Source: Veleropilina oligotropha
Taxonomy: Eukaryota
NCBI GenBank assembly: GCA_048128005.1
Contig: JBEUKZ010000038.1
Location: 1-64,000, forward strand
DNA: 64,000 bases
Reading direction: 5' to 3'
Position 1 is the first letter of the stretch, and every line of letters begins with the position of its first letter. Below the pieces are notes generated by a model, which searched no databases, was not told where the DNA came from, and saw only the letters and a list, made by a program, of their open reading frames with translations. Made by a program: the position numbers and the translations under genes. This document shows, piece after piece, positions 1 through 14,088 of the stretch.

Positions 1-585
1 CATAAAGGTTGCCACTTGTGGCTTGTGTATGTCGAATAATGATAATTGGTTTATTTGTCTAAGTAGTGGTGCAGTGTGTTCAAGGTGGCTCGAGCATGTA
101 ACAATTCTGATATATTTCTTTTGAACTATAAATAATTTGCTCACTTGCCCAAACGGTGTTAGAGTATTGCAAATATGGTAAAATGAGGCTATTGTACAGT
201 GTAGGCAAAATAAACGATGGATGGGATTTTCTAATACGACAGATGACACGAATATTTTTTGAAATCTTATTACATATATTGTTGATGTGCGATTGCCAGT
301 TTATATTTTGATCAAGTGTTTACTCCGAGAAATTTTGTTTGTTAAACTTGTGATAATTTCTTTACGTCGATATATACATTAAAATCAGTCTTTGGGTAAG
401 TTTTTCTCTTGTTGTTGAATATGTAACTTGTTTTCTTGACATTTTATGAACCAGAGACTAATCAGTCGTAACTCTTTATTCATAATTTGTATCAGGTCGC
501 TAAAGTTCTTGTGATTGAAAAAATATTGGTGTCATCAGCAAAAGGTATAAATTTTAATAACTGAGATGTGTTGGCTAAGTCGTTT
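1..585 (-). mobile_element. Degenerate non-LTR retrotransposon (CR1/L2-group LINE) RT C-terminal fragment
   Basis: Reverse strand, with frameshifts, reads NDLANTSQLLKFIPFADDTNIF ... MNKELRLISLWF ... FLGV ... WQSHINNICNKISKNIRVICRIRK ... LYNSLILPYLQYSNTVWAS ... VQKKYIRIV. This contains the RT FADD motif and the downstream CR1/L2-type motifs. It is cut off at the start of the element at 586. Confidence 0.8.
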
Positions 586-1109
586 TAGTCCATGGGCCAG
601 ATACCAACCCCCCTGGGGATTTTTGGAGACATACATTTGTGGATAGCCTATTATGTCTCTATTCGATATCTGCTTGTCTGCAAAAAAAATATTGGTGGAA
701 TAACAAAATGGCGGCTAAAATTCAAAATGGCGGCTTTATCACATTTGATTTTTGTGTATTTGGTATTTCCGATATATTCTGTTCATTTTTCAAAGAATAC
801 ATGCTTGCAATGGCTCATTTTAACGATAAACATTTTGACAACATGATGTACCTTACTTTTATCCAAAATAATTATTGTAACATTGTAAAAATGGCGGTTA
901 AAATTCAAAATGGCGGTTTCACACTATAGTAATTGGGCTTCGATTAGTAAAAAAAATAATTGTTCACCTTTTTGCAATTTTTTGAGATTTTGATTATGGA
1001 TGGATATGATCTTGATATTTTATAATCTGCCGGCAGACAAGCTCAACTGTCCCTCTGGCGGCCATATTGGAAGAAAATCCAATATGGCCGCCATCGCAAG
1101 TAAGGAATA

Positions 1110-1950
1110 CCATTTATTAACTTATGTCTAAACCTCATAGATTAGTAAACAATACCTCCATTTGGAGGATTGCAAGCATGAGCATGTCGATTATGACATT
1201 ATTTATTCGAAATTAGGTTAAGGTCAAGGTCAAATTCCCATTTCAATGCCATAAATAGTATAGAAAGAAACAATATGGTCATCGCCCGAAAGACGGAATA
1301 CCATACCTTAAATTTAATCCAAACAACATAAACTAATAAATAATATCTCCAATTTAGGGTTTTCACATTTGTGGAAATGAATAATGACATTAATATCACT
1401 TTTCCAGGTTAAGGTCAAGTCCAAATCACCATTTCAAGGTCGAAAATTGCATATATACGCGCAGTACTAGTACGTATATCCGTCACCCGAAACACCGAAA
1501 ACTATAACTTTTAGTCTAAACATCATAGATTAATAAATAATACCTCCATTTTAGGGTTTTCAAGGATCGGGAAGTCGATTATGGCATTATTTTCATGATT
1601 CCTGGTTAAAGTTAAGGTCAAATAACCATTTCAATGTCAAAAAATGTTATAAAATCGCGCAATATGGCTGTCACCCGAAAGGCAAAACACCATAGCTTTA
1701 ATCTAAACAACATAGACTAATAAATAATACCTTCATAATGGCGCTTTTAATGATGACGACGTTGATCATGGCATTATTTTCGTGATTCCAGGTTAATCTC
1801 AAGGTCAAATCACCATTTCTAGGTCAAAATGGTATTAAACGCAAAATATGGTTGTCACCCGAAAGACGGAATGCAATAAATTTTAAACTAGGCATCATAA
1901 ATAATACCTCAATTCTGGGGGTTTCTAGGATCAGGCAGTCGATTATTTAG
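1110..1950. repeat. Subterminal tandem array, ~185-200 bp unit x ~4.5
   Basis: AAGGTCAAATCACCATTTC...CACCCGAAA...AATAATACCTCC recurs, with C(A/G)CCCGAAA near 1283, 1484, 1673 and 1857. Confidence 0.8.
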
Positions 1951-2329
1951 GCGACCAGATTGTCGTATCAGCATTTCAAAGCTAACAATGGTGTAAAAAC
2001 GCGATATAAACTGATTTAGTATATAACATGAGCCGTGTTTGATCAATGGGTAGATCACAGGACTCTGGTTGCAGAGTCTCTAGTTTGCCTTCTGATCTCG
2101 GCGATGTCACTTGGGCAAGGAAATAAACATATATTTGCCTCGATCCACCCAGCAGATCTAAATAGATATCTGATTTGGCAGTTATGTAAGTCACAGCGCT
2201 GAGTTCATGGTCAGTTTTCATAAATGTGTTACCATTCTCTCTAAGCACATCCTCGTATGTTATAGCGTCATTGATGAATCAAGTTTGAAGATCGGGCGAA
2301 TCCGCGTGATGAACGTCGGATGAGTCGCA

Positions 2330-4040
2330 CATGTTCAGTATATTCTCAAGCTGACCAATAACCCTACAAGGTCAGGTCCTGTCTGCATTATCATAAATGT
2401 CTTACAAGCCACCACCACCTGCATAGAGTATTTGATTGCCTTGTTCGTAGGACTAGTTATGGAAATTACCGAAAACTTGTGCCATGATCGCTGAGCGATG
2501 AAATTCCCTTCTTAAACTCCTCGTACACAGGGTGTTTGTCAGGCAGCTCGGCCAAATCATTTACGGGATTGGCACCCACCCTGCAAAAATGGTATGACCA
2601 ACTGCAAAGAACCATGGACGGGAACTTCGAACTCCCCTTTCCACAAGGAGTGCACAAAACGGCACATGATGGGCTCCAATTCGATGATACGAGAACAGTA
2701 CTTGGGCATGTGTGCATCTCCAACAAGCTTAATTCTCACAGCGCTTCACAGTAGATACATGTATGCCTCTTGCTTGAGTGGTGACAGAGATACTTGTAAG
2801 CGAGACATGGTGAGCATAACCTTTGCGTTTGATGTGATGGTCATCACCCACTTCATTCCCTGATCCATGGATGAACTTCCAAGCAAAAGTTGTGCCTCGT
2901 CCTCGATAATGAAGTCGATGTGCTCACATCATTAAGACATACACATCATGTCGCAGATCTACAAGGAGCACGATGACATAATGGTTTGAGAGCCTGGGTT
3001 TTGATGTATTTGATGGTTGGTAACTGTCTTCTACTCCACGTTTTGGCAATTTGTTTTCAGCCTTATAGCGGTCGGGACAGCTGGTTTAGGGTCTCACTCC
3101 GATCTGACCTCCATATATAGGGCATATACATTATATTACTGTTAACGCCAGAACAGGAGGCGAAGCCACACCCCTTCGTCCCATTTAACTTTTTCCGATG
3201 CTCTACCAGATGAGTTATCAAGAACAGTTAGGGTTCGGGTGTAAGAACGGTGTCAACGTTAAATGGTCCATGAGTAACCTTCATTGTATCACTTAAAAAG
3301 TGATTGGGTTGGGTAAACACAATGCTATGGAAGTCGTCATTTGAAAGGTTGCTGGTCTTTTTGAGTTCTAAATTGTCTACATCCCCAGTTGTGAAGGCTC
3401 CTGATCGCATATTGGTAGGCAAAACAACACCATCTTCTTCGATCCTCTATCAAACGCTGTTCGCGTTAACTGTATTCGCGAAAACAATGTCATAATCGAC
3501 TTCCTCATCCTTGAAAACCCTAAAATGGAGGTATTCATTATTAAGCTATGAAAGTAATGGCATTCCGTCTTTCGGGTGATGGCCATATTGAGATTTTGTA
3601 TATACCATTTAGACCAGGAAATGGTGACTTGACATATTGTCATATGTGGGTCTGCAGTTTGCATGTGACCGAACGACCCTTTGTTATTGCTCGAGACATT
3701 CGAATGCTGGTCAAATGGACGGTGTGCATTGCGCCAGTACCAAATGATATCTCTTCATTCACGTCTGAATCACCCCAACAGATGTGACAATAGGGTATGG
3801 CTGAATTGCATATGGGAGTAATGTGATTCACTTATCAACTCTCTTGCACTTAGCAGTTTTCAAGGAGAGTCGAATACGAAAGCGGATGATCATTGAGATA
3901 ATTTCAACATTGCCAATAAGTTGCATCAATGTTATCCCAAGTACCATATGCTTCGGCATTGCCCTTTTTCCCTTTGTAACATTTGTGCACATGTCTTGCG
4001 ACAAGGACATCACAAATATCTCATTTTCTGTCACTTAGCA
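2330..4040 (-). pseudogene. Fragmented Academ-type transposase
   Basis: Collinear minus-strand fragments in several frames: MPKHMVLGITLMQLIGNVEIISM; GVVLPTNMRSGAFTTGDVDNLE..SNLSNDDFH; IIELEPIMCRFVHSLWKGEFEV; DLAELPDKHP.VYEEFKKGNFIAQRSWHKFS..YEQGNQILYAGGGGL. The family assignment is from recalled motifs, not a search. Confidence 0.6.
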
Positions 4041-4584
4041 CATGAGTGGTGAAATCTTTAAGAAATGACGAATGATTAATTATATCACTCAGTAAGCACC
4101 TTAGATATGATCGCCATGACATTTTGGGGAATTCATTGTGGGCACGTGGCAACCTTAATATGCTTCCTGTAACATCTTTGACTCGGAGACCGGGATTTCA
4201 AAAGCGTAACGCACTGCTTAACCCGTTGGGACTACTGATGAATATACATGATCACTTATATCGTTAGGTTGCCAGACTTGATTATGATTTTCAAGCTGCA
4301 TTATAGGCTTGGTGACTATTTTCAAGTGTGAAATATAAGTGGCGTTCTCATAACATTGACATCCACTTGTACAATAGACCATGCCGAAAACTGGATCATG
4401 CCATATATAAAACCATCTGCTCGGATAGCGACGTTAAACCGAGTTTCCGCCTGCTATGTGAATTGCTTTTTAAGAGGTCACAATGTGTTCGATAAATAAA
4501 TAAATTTTCTCATTGCATCGGCAATCACAGCAAAAGGATATTTCGGTCCTACTAGACGCCGAATTGTATCTTTATATAATTATA

Positions 4585-5355
4585 CAGGGGCGGATCCAGG
4601 ATTTTGAAAGGGTGGGGGAGCAACTGTTATCAAATATGCTATCAACTGTTGGCGCGGGGGCGGGACACCACGCGAAAGAAAATTTGACAATCAACAGCCT
4701 GAAACCTCCTCTCCTGCACTGACAGGGCAAAAGCGATAATTCATTTACGAACCATTTTCACTAAAATGTATGAGTAATTTTTTCCTTTTATTCACAATCT
4801 AACACATGCATTTCTGCTTTCAAACGTGTGGTCCAGACCGCCTGTATCCCCATAAAAGTCAAGAAACGGTGTGAAACTCGATTCTCTCCTGCATTTGACA
4901 CTAAATTTATTTCACTAAAATGTATCAAGAAATTTTTCGTTTTTCACAATCATTTTTTTATTTTCTAGACGGGGGGGGGGACGGAACGTCTAGATCCCAG
5001 AAAATGTTGATAATTAACCATGTGAAACCCCCTCTCCTGCATTCCGCCAGTGCAAACACGATATTTCTTACAAACATTTATGAACCGTTTTCATTAAAAT
5101 GTATAAGTAAATATTTCGGTGCTTTCGACATGCATTTCTCATTTTCAAAAGTTGGGATCGGACCCTCTGATTGTCAGAAAATGTTAACAATTAACGGTGT
5201 GAAACCCCCTCACATGCATTTTGACAGTGCAAAGACGATAATTCTTACCAGCATCTATGAACCGTTTTCACAAAAAAGTATTTTTTCGTTTTTGCCTCCT
5301 TCAAACATATGCATTTTTGAGTTTTAAAGAGGGGGGGGTCCTGGATCCGCTAGTG
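4585..5355. mobile_element. Non-autonomous TIR element (MITE-like) with internal ~170-180 bp repeats
   Basis: Ends are CAGGGGCGGATCCAGG ... CCTGGATCCGCTAGTG. Flanks TTATA/GTATA form a 5-bp TSD with one mismatch. An internal unit containing GTGAAACC..CTCCTGCA occurs ~4 times. Confidence 0.65.
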
Positions 5356-7849
5356 GTATACCACCAAATAACTTATTTAAATCATTTTGTTATACACTGA
5401 TCATCGAGCAACCGATATTGAAGGTAAACATTGAAAATGTGACCAGTTACATCTCCAATCTTTCGATTGGTCGTATATATTCTGGCAATACCTAAGATAA
5501 ATGGATCACATTTTGAGTAGTTGGGGTTTCCTACTTCAAAGACCCCTCATAGCCGCACCCACCAATGCTCAGCTTTCAGACAACCTGATTGTGATAGGGA
5601 AATGGCCAAAGATTATGAAAATAATCATCTTGAAAACTCCCCAGGGGGTCTATGGTGGGCCCACGGTCTATTTGCATACATTATGAACAATAGCGGTCCC
5701 AAAATAGATCCTTGAGGTACGCCACATGCAATGGTTTCAAGAGAAGAATTTACATTTTTATGCTGACAAATTGTCTTTTATATATTTCATTCTTAAAGAA
5801 ACAGGTTATCATTTCACCCAGCAGGTACAGTCGAAGTCTGAGAATGCTTTTTACAGAAAAGCGCATGACAATTTACATACATATGTCTACGCATATTAAG
5901 ATATACATGTATTAGATAATATCAGTAGACTATTAGCTGCATGGGCGATGCCTCTGGTGATTTTATCTTCGAGATGAACAAAGATATCGCCGAACCGCGT
6001 AATCTACGCGAGATCTCATCATCGACCTTTGATGCTCCCCGACCTGACAATCAGCATTTCAATGTTTGTGAAATGAAGCCAGTAATTCAAATTGCATAAC
6101 AAGACAAGACCTCATGCGAATTCAATAAACGCCTTATAGAAACATTGAATGGCTTCATCCTGATAAAATAAATTTACACTCTAAGTGACATGACTGTTAT
6201 GTCTGTTGCTGACAATGAGAGCCAATTCACGAATCGTTTACAGCAGCATGCAGTCGCATCACTTATTTGGAGTTACTGTGCATTTCGACTGCTTTTAGAT
6301 CAATTCAATATTTTATATCTTTGCACAAATAAACAACATCATAAATAGACATTTTTAAAGTTTGTCTTGACCAAAAACGAAAAATTGTAGCAAAGGATAT
6401 AAAACTAAAATCACACAATGTCATAATGATGTGCAAGAGAACTATGCAAATCGACAATCCATCGAGTAAAAAAGAAAACCGATATAATACATAATTGCAA
6501 TACATATTATCGATATATTTATAACCTGGAGTTGCCTTGAAAATTCATTTGTGCATACTTGCATTTATATCAAATGAAAATGGAAAGTAGTTATATATGA
6601 CTGTCTACAAATGTCTGATGCATATCAGACAAACTAGAGACGAAAATTATACATGTTTGTCTTGCATTCGAGCATAGGATAATATTGATAAGATCAGCAA
6701 AACACAGGACCCCTTCGGGCTACAAACACATTTATCAAAATAGACAATCTAATTTACACCAATTGTACAAGATTATATAGATCCGCTCTGGCCTCCGGCT
6801 TATCATAAACGAATCGAAATCTTTGTGACAGATGCGTTCTCGAGGCAAACCGGTATCCGATAATTGGCCGATTGAAATGTAAATCATTATTATTTTATGC
6901 GCTAAATAAGGTGTTTCCCAAAACCTTCCCTAATCCAGTTAGATGATGAGATAGCATGCCATCAGAACGCATGATCATTCTCGTCCATTGAAAACAACTT
7001 TCAGTTGATCGCATAACAGAAACACGCAATAAAAGCATCTTAAAAGATAATTTCACTTTTAGATTCTCTTAAATGCCTTATATTAATTATTTTACGAATT
7101 TGCTTCAATTGTGGATATGTTTAAAACCCATTTTCTAAATACTGTATACTAGTATTTGTCCAATTTAATCGAACTATTCAATCAAATTATAATTTTGCAA
7201 AAAGCAGCTGTAAACAAGCTTCAAGCCTTGCTAACGAATCGAAGCATAACGTTGTACATGTTAAAGGCATGAAGACATAATTATTTTTAACAATCTTTCG
7301 TATTAATAAAAAGAGTTAAGCTTATGCACACATAATTATGTGTGCACGAAGAAATTCCCCCTCCCACGCACTTGAAAATTATACTGTTCCACAATGGTAA
7401 TAATAGTGCAACTCTCTAGACAGCCAATGACCACATACGGATTGAAAGATTTATACCAGAAGAGACGCCGACCTTTTCACCAGCCTTAGAATTGACAATA
7501 ACAAATCGTGCATAATGGCTGTAAATTAGAACACCTGGACAGGTCACACTTCCAAGGCGTCACAGCCTAACTACCTGTTCAGTTGGTTCGGCTTAATAGA
7601 TGGGGGCACGAGAAGTTTGCTGCCTCAGGTCAAATTATATATAGGAGGTCCATGAGATGTCCAGTTTACAGCCAGTCCAGTTCACTTCGGATGCAAATGA
7701 ATAAACTTATTTTTATATATTATATAATATTGCGCCGAAATTTATCCAAGGACTTAACATCAAAATTAATGTGATCATATTATCTATAGTGTCTGAGGTT
7801 CCGATTTTGAAGTATATCGAGCATACGGATAGCCTACATACGAATATCG

Positions 7850-8070
7850 TTCCAGTATAGCTTTGTGGTGATGATGCTGGATCGCGGCGCTATAGACATC
7901 TGAGTTCGATCCCCGGGAATGCCGAGATTTTGTCACAGGTATATTTCGTCTGCATTGCACACAGTATCCCTTCTGCATCCGATGAGACGCCAAACTAGAG
8001 ACCCCGATTACAGATACGACTGAAATAATGTTAAAATGTGATCGTAAAACTAAACTGATTCAAATCAAAT
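7850..8070 (+). mobile_element. Degenerate tRNA-derived SINE
   Basis: B-box-like GAGTTCGATCCC at ~7902. The 3' tail AAAATGTGATCGTAAAACTAAACTGATTC recurs near 18545 and 53392. Confidence 0.5.
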
Positions 8071-8074
8071 GAAA

Positions 8075-8240
8075 CCATCTCTACTCTCTGAGAGAGTTTT
8101 ACTGCCGATGTGCCATTTACGCGCATCAGACTTGTCATACTGACAATTTCCGTCACTGTCAACCAGGTGCCCACTTGGATCTCAAAACCGAGGCACATAA
8201 ATATGTTTATTCCTTGCCCATGGGGAATTCGCCGGGATAG
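8075..8240 (-). mobile_element. SINE fragment, same family as 51920-52254
   Basis: CAACCAGGTGCCCACTT..GATCTC..ACCGAGGCA..TTCCTTGCCCATGGGGAA..CGCCGGGAT matches the 52100-52190 segment. A further copy lies at ~11405-11550. Confidence 0.65.
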
Positions 8241-8309
8241 GGATATCTAGAAATTACGTTTTTAATGATTATAATAATGATGCCGATGAGACGCGTAATA
8301 TATGTATGA

Positions 8310-8431
8310 ATGTAGAATTATGGATTTGATGTCACGCTACATGTTATAATTATGGATTAGACGTCACTCTACATGTTAGAATTATGGATTTGACGTCACG
8401 CTACATGTTAGAATTATGGATTTGACGTCAC
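8310..8431. repeat. Minisatellite, 32-bp unit x ~3.8
   Basis: ATGTTAGAATTATGGATTTGACGTCACGCTAC repeats at 8310, 8341, 8373 and 8405. Confidence 0.9.
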
Positions 8432-10479
8432 AACAAAGGAGTTCCCAAATTTAAAAATATGTGCGCTCATAAATTCTCTGGGCAGGCAGTTTACTGAAAA
8501 AAAACAGTAGTACAATTTTTCGTTGGTAACATTGAAGCAATATTGGTACTTCTCAACTACAGCTCGACAGGTAACTACTTGGAGCCTGTTTTTGAACTAA
8601 TATGTAATATATTATACACTACCACTGCGAGTGATATCAGGCATAATGCCTCGAGTGACAGCGAGAGGCGTTATGTGGATATTAGTATTTGTCATCATAC
8701 CATGAAAATCTACTGTAAATTGCAAGTTAAAACATGGAAATCTCCATGAATTGCCCACCCCTTAAACTATGGAACTCCCCCTAGAATTGCTCAACAAAAC
8801 GTCCGTGGTGCACATCATCATACAAGGCATATGTATATGTTTGTGGTTTTAGAACAAGAATTCTGGATAGCAACAAATTATTGAAATATATGAATATCTA
8901 CTGAATTTTGCATTAAAATGATCTTAGACGGCTCTTTAATTTTCCCATAATGATCTGATATTAGGAAACATTATTAACATCCATTTCCAAATATCGTGGC
9001 ATGGAAAGTGACTCGAAGTATCAAAGAGGACAGGGATATAAATAAAATGCCAAGAGAGTCCCTACAAATATGAAAAATATTATAATATTGACTCACTTCG
9101 TTTATTCAGCGTTCAAATATAGCTTGATCATATGTTGCTTTTATACCAATTATCCTTTACCAGTTGCAGAAAGTCCGCAATTCTTACAGATGCCTTATAC
9201 AAACACAGCAAGAACTAATGTCTGACCACGGAGAAGCAAATGACCTTCCTTTGGTATTCACGACATGCGAGACAAAACACCGAACATATTATGTTCATTA
9301 AAAGGCACTTGCCCAGTAGATCTGGGGAATGTAAACCATTTAAATTAACTTTGGCCACTATTAAGTGAATAAATGTGAGACTTGAAAAGTAAAATAATGA
9401 ACAAAACTGATATTTGCTTTAAAAATTGATCTTATCGTAATGTATGTATTCTCATGTACGTATTATGTTGTAAATTGCGACAAATTCAGTACTATACACG
9501 TGTTAAAAATAATCCAATTGTTAAGGTCTTGCATTCTTATTTTTACAGACTAATAGCATACAATGGAAAATTAAAAGTTGCGATCAATTTTCATTATCAC
9601 TTTTTTGTTTTTGCAAAACAAATATTGAAAATTGAACAATGTCTTCTCTTGTATAATTAATTTTGAAAAATGGTGCTCCATTTACCGACATTTAATTTTA
9701 TCGCCGAGGATGACCAATTGAATAGATAAAATTTCCTCTGTTGATAATATGAAACCGACGGAATTATTATGAAAACAATGACCCAATGCGTATATATTTA
9801 CATTATAGTGCATTCGTAAAAACAATACTAGCAAACAGCAAAACATATGCATTTTATTATGCGGAACCACCTATAAACCGTGCCAACTATAAAAACATTT
9901 GAAACATGCCTTGCTTCGACTAGGCTGCTACTCTATCTTTTCGGTGTCAACCAAGAAATGTGACTATAATATGTGAGTCGTGTGTTGCCTGTTCATGGAT
10001 GGTGCTTTACAATATTACCTTCTAAACATAGTTTCGAAACAATAGAATTCAGTCATAAATGATTTTTTTAATTTGGTTTGGATCCATGTTTAATGTTCCA
10101 TTTTAACAACTTTCAGGTACATCCCAGGACAAGCAATACTATCGCGGGAGAAAAGCCGTCCATGATGGTGTTATAGTTGTTTGGTGTGTTTCTTTTACGA
10201 CCACTTTTAACATTAGTCAGACTTATTACAGTCGGAGCACCTGCTTTAAGGTCTTACTCCGATCTGGCCGACATATATGGAAGATGCCTTCTATTATTTA
10301 ATCGGTACAATTGGACTCGAACTGTAATCACTGACGCGTATACTCGCGGTGTTACAGCTATACATTATATATTTATTATGTATACTGATGCTATTTTCAT
10401 GAAATAACGACCAGTTCTCAGTTTTTGCATTATCATAGATATCGTAGCTTGCTAAAATGAACGTCGCTTTCAGAAGAAA

Positions 10480-10690
10480 GGGGCGATGCTTAATGTCCTG
10501 TATATTTCCAACCATTAGGTTAAAAAAGGACATGTCCATATTATCGCGGGAGGAAAGTCCGGTCGCCCGAGGAAACTCGCCATCTCCGACCAGTTATGGA
10601 CAACTGTGATTCATAACTTGAACAAATGTGTGATGTTCCAACCGATGTTCTAACTCACTATTGTTCGTGGCGGCGCAATCAAGCCAGTGA
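10480..10690 (-). mobile_element. SINE copy related to 15221-15484
   Basis: Shares TTATCGCGGGAGGAAA..CGGTCGCCCG, GGACAACTGTGATTCATAACTTGAACAAAT and AATCAAGCCAGTGA with the 15.3-kb copy. Confidence 0.75.
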
Positions 10691-12680
10691 TTTTTCGGAG
10701 TGACAGTCTTCAACCGAAACCACACGACAAGTAATATTATCGCGGGAGAAAAGTCCGGTCGCCCGGAAATGTGACTGCTAACGGGACAAAATGTCCATGC
10801 GGATGAGAATTCGAACACACTCCTATAACTGTATCATAGACAGAGCATTCAGCGAGTGGATAGAGATCCCTTGTTCTTGGGTAATACTGTCGTGCAACCG
10901 CACTTCTGGTGATACGCCTCCATCTGAGATATATGTTCCTTGTTGACTATATCCCTGGGTAGGGGCCATACTATGGTTTATTATAATAAGCAATATCTAA
11001 TCTTATTTTCATGACAAGCATTTACTCAAAATGTGCTCCGTTAACATCGACCTCGCGTTTGCACTGTGCCGGACATTTGTTTATGACATTTGCCACCAAG
11101 TATACTTGAGGATGGTTTATAGCTTTAATATAGCACTTGCAAACACTGTCTTCTTTCATTAATAGCAATATGACACAGGCTACTATTTGTTTGGATTAAA
11201 CGTGTCCTATGGTTTTATGGGACTATGAAGCAGTATTTTATTAACGTGACCTACATTTCGTTATATAAAAGAAAGTAAGAAGAATGAAGACAAAAACGAA
11301 ATCAACAACTGAAGCACAGAGATCGGCGGAATAATTGTGCCACAATAATTATGCATGTTTAATAATAATGTTTAAAAGATGGGGATCTTCCTCCACGCTC
11401 CATCGCAGCTAGCCAGGTAGCCGTTCAGATCATATGTGTCAACCGAGGAACATACAAGTATATGCTTATTTCCTTGCCAAAGGGAAATGCCTTCGACGAG
11501 GGTCGAATCACGAGCCCCCGAATGCAGTCTCTTGGTCTATCACTAAGTAACGGCAGGACATTATTATTCTTGTTCTTCCGTTAACATCAACAAAATGAGT
11601 CTTCTGTATCACCAAAAGTTACATTAAAATGTAGAACCATCAACATATTTACAGCCAAACGGTGACAGTGTCCCGTGCAAACGAAATTGCTTCTCATTTT
11701 GATAAATGAAATAATAAAATGCTATTTTACTAGCGAAATAGTAAATGCGTATATCTAAAATCAATACTGTGATTAATCTCTGACATAAGTCACTTTGTAT
11801 GGAAATCAATAACTATGTTGTGCGTATTCATTAAGTCATTTGAATAGATTTTTAGTCAATAATTTTGTTGAATTAACGCTGTGTAAATTCTGAGCACTTT
11901 AGCACACAACACGATTTAACGTCATTATCACGAGAAGGCCGGCCGTACGTGGGAGGTCAGAATCATAGAAGATGAAGTTCAACTGGACGGCAATGTGCTG
12001 TAGTTATGCCATTCCTACAATATTCTTTAAATTTTTAAGGGAGGGGCATCTTTTTGTAATAAAAATAATGCAAGGTAGTTAATATTATGCCTGTTATTAC
12101 GTTGCAACTTTTTAATGGAATATATAGTTTGCAAAAAAAGAAATTGTCCCAAAAGCGGCACATGTAATATAGTAACCGTTATTTTTTGCGATTTGTACTA
12201 GGCATATATGCACTATGTTAAGGAATAGATAGATTTTAGATAAATTTATTATTCCTTTCATTCACATATTAATAGCAATAACACAATTATATACATGCAG
12301 AAATACATAAAATGAAAGGAGGGTTGGCGCATGAGTCAGTTTTGACTGTTCCACAATGGTGGCGTCAACACTTTAACTTAATTTTAATTTGTAATACATA
12401 ACAATAAATTTATGCATGAAGAAAAAAGACAAAAACAACGTTTACAGATATATAGAAAGTATATATAGAAGAAAATGGGTATATTTATTGGTATTCCTTG
12501 TGCTGGTCGTTAATATTTGTTCATTTTTTATTTGGTAAATGCAGTTATAAAAGAGACTAATCATTTAGCATTGTGATGATATATCGCAAGGTTGAGCCAG
12601 TTATTTCCAAGTGGCAACCGTGAAGGGTATGTGTTTTTTCAATACATGTGAATATCTAATGAAAGAAAATTTAATGTGGT

Positions 12681-12852
<172 letters not shown>

Positions 12853-13559
12853 TATGCGATCATATGTGTGTGCGCGCGTTGGCTATATGTCTTCTTAAAG
12901 AGTAGTTCACGCAGAACAGTATACCTATGCGAGCCTCAAAGAGTAACCATCACCGATTACAGAAATTTGCATTTACGATGATAAATGTTATCATCTAGTC
13001 ATTTGTGTGCTTGGGCTTACAAAGGCCTACTATTATTCATGTAGGTCCACGCTTATCTTTCTCTTTATACGCAGAAGTTTTAAGAGAATCGACCACATAT
13101 CAGTACTACGTTTTTCGTTTTACCTACGCTATACCAGTCGAGCTATCGAGAACATTTGGCAAAAAATTAGACAAGTGACAGCATACTAATAAATTGATTT
13201 ACAAATTTCTATATTGTATATCGCAATTAGATATCGTTATGTTATAGCAGAATACACATTTTGTGACTTGCGTGTCTCGCCATTCATGAATCAGTGAAGC
13301 GAAAAATTAAAATTTAGTACAGCATTTCAGCTATTTGTGAAAAATGACCATAGCATCATGATCGCAGTGTGCTACATCGGTGGACACCACTCCCAGCACC
13401 TGCCTTGGTTATTCCACTGAGTGACTCACGTGTCGGAAAATCTATGTTTCTAAAATAAATTGTAATTGCACCGATTATTGAAATCGATGACAGCCCGCGA
13501 CCTCTGACCTGGGATTCCTTTGCGCCTCGTTGTGGGTATTTCGCACTTGCTTTGATATG

Positions 13560-14002
13560 AATTGTAAGGTTCAGTTCGGTAGCTGACAATGTTGCGCCTA
13601 TGAAGCGAGAGCCGTCAGCTGTGCTGGCCTTCTGAAACAGACACTCGCCTGTGTCGGCCGTCGCGTGGGCCCTCTGCCGTTGCGATCTGACTGAGGATAA
13701 CTGTGATTATAAGCGAGGGAATTAAACTTACCTAAGTATACGCGACAACAAAATTATCGGTTAAAGAGGCTGTAGTCCCGTTGCGTCTGGTGTGACGCGC
13801 GGTGACCAAGTGTGTGGTGTTTCACACACGATATTTATTTTCATTACTAAATTCGCATGGATTAAATAAGATTTGGTGTTTATTTCATGAAAAGTCAAGA
13901 TTTATTCGTGTTTAAAAATCCACTTATTGCAAACATTGGCTTATAGTCAGTGTGGTGAGTTTGCTCAAGGATTTCTTTGAAGTTGTTATCTATTCTTCGG
14001 CG
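13560..14002 (+). promoter_or_regulatory. Candidate promoter / 5' UTR of the MEGF6-like gene
   Basis: Locally GC/CpG-richer, non-repetitive sequence directly upstream of the start codon at 14003. The TSS cannot be placed. Confidence 0.35.
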
Positions 14003-14088
14003 ATGGAATACCGGAGACTGCTGTATGGATACCTGGGCTGTCTCATTACGGTGCTATGCCTCGGGAGGATGGAACTTCAAAGGGACAT
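14003..14088 (+). CDS. MEGF6: MEGF6-like protein, coding exon 1 (signal peptide)
   Basis: ATG in GGCGATGG context. Encodes MEYRRLLYGYLGCLITVLCLGRMELQRD (basic n-region plus hydrophobic core). Ends AT|GTAAGT, phase 2, giving M and an in-frame join to exon 2. Confidence 0.8.

Larger units (their letters stand above)
586..4400 (-). mobile_element. Decayed Academ-like DNA transposon (one terminus, subterminal repeats, transposase remnants)
   Basis: Begins TAGTCCATGGGCCAGA (TAG termini are typical of Academ). It is followed by repeated AAAATGGCGG motifs, a ~185-200 bp subterminal array and minus-strand transposase remnants. The other terminus was not found, so the 4400 boundary is approximate. 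Confidence 0.6.

Noticed and set aside
14025..14088. Alternative start MDTWAVSLRC... for exon 1
   Set aside because: It reaches the donor in phase 1, which is out of frame with exon 2, and it lacks a signal peptide.
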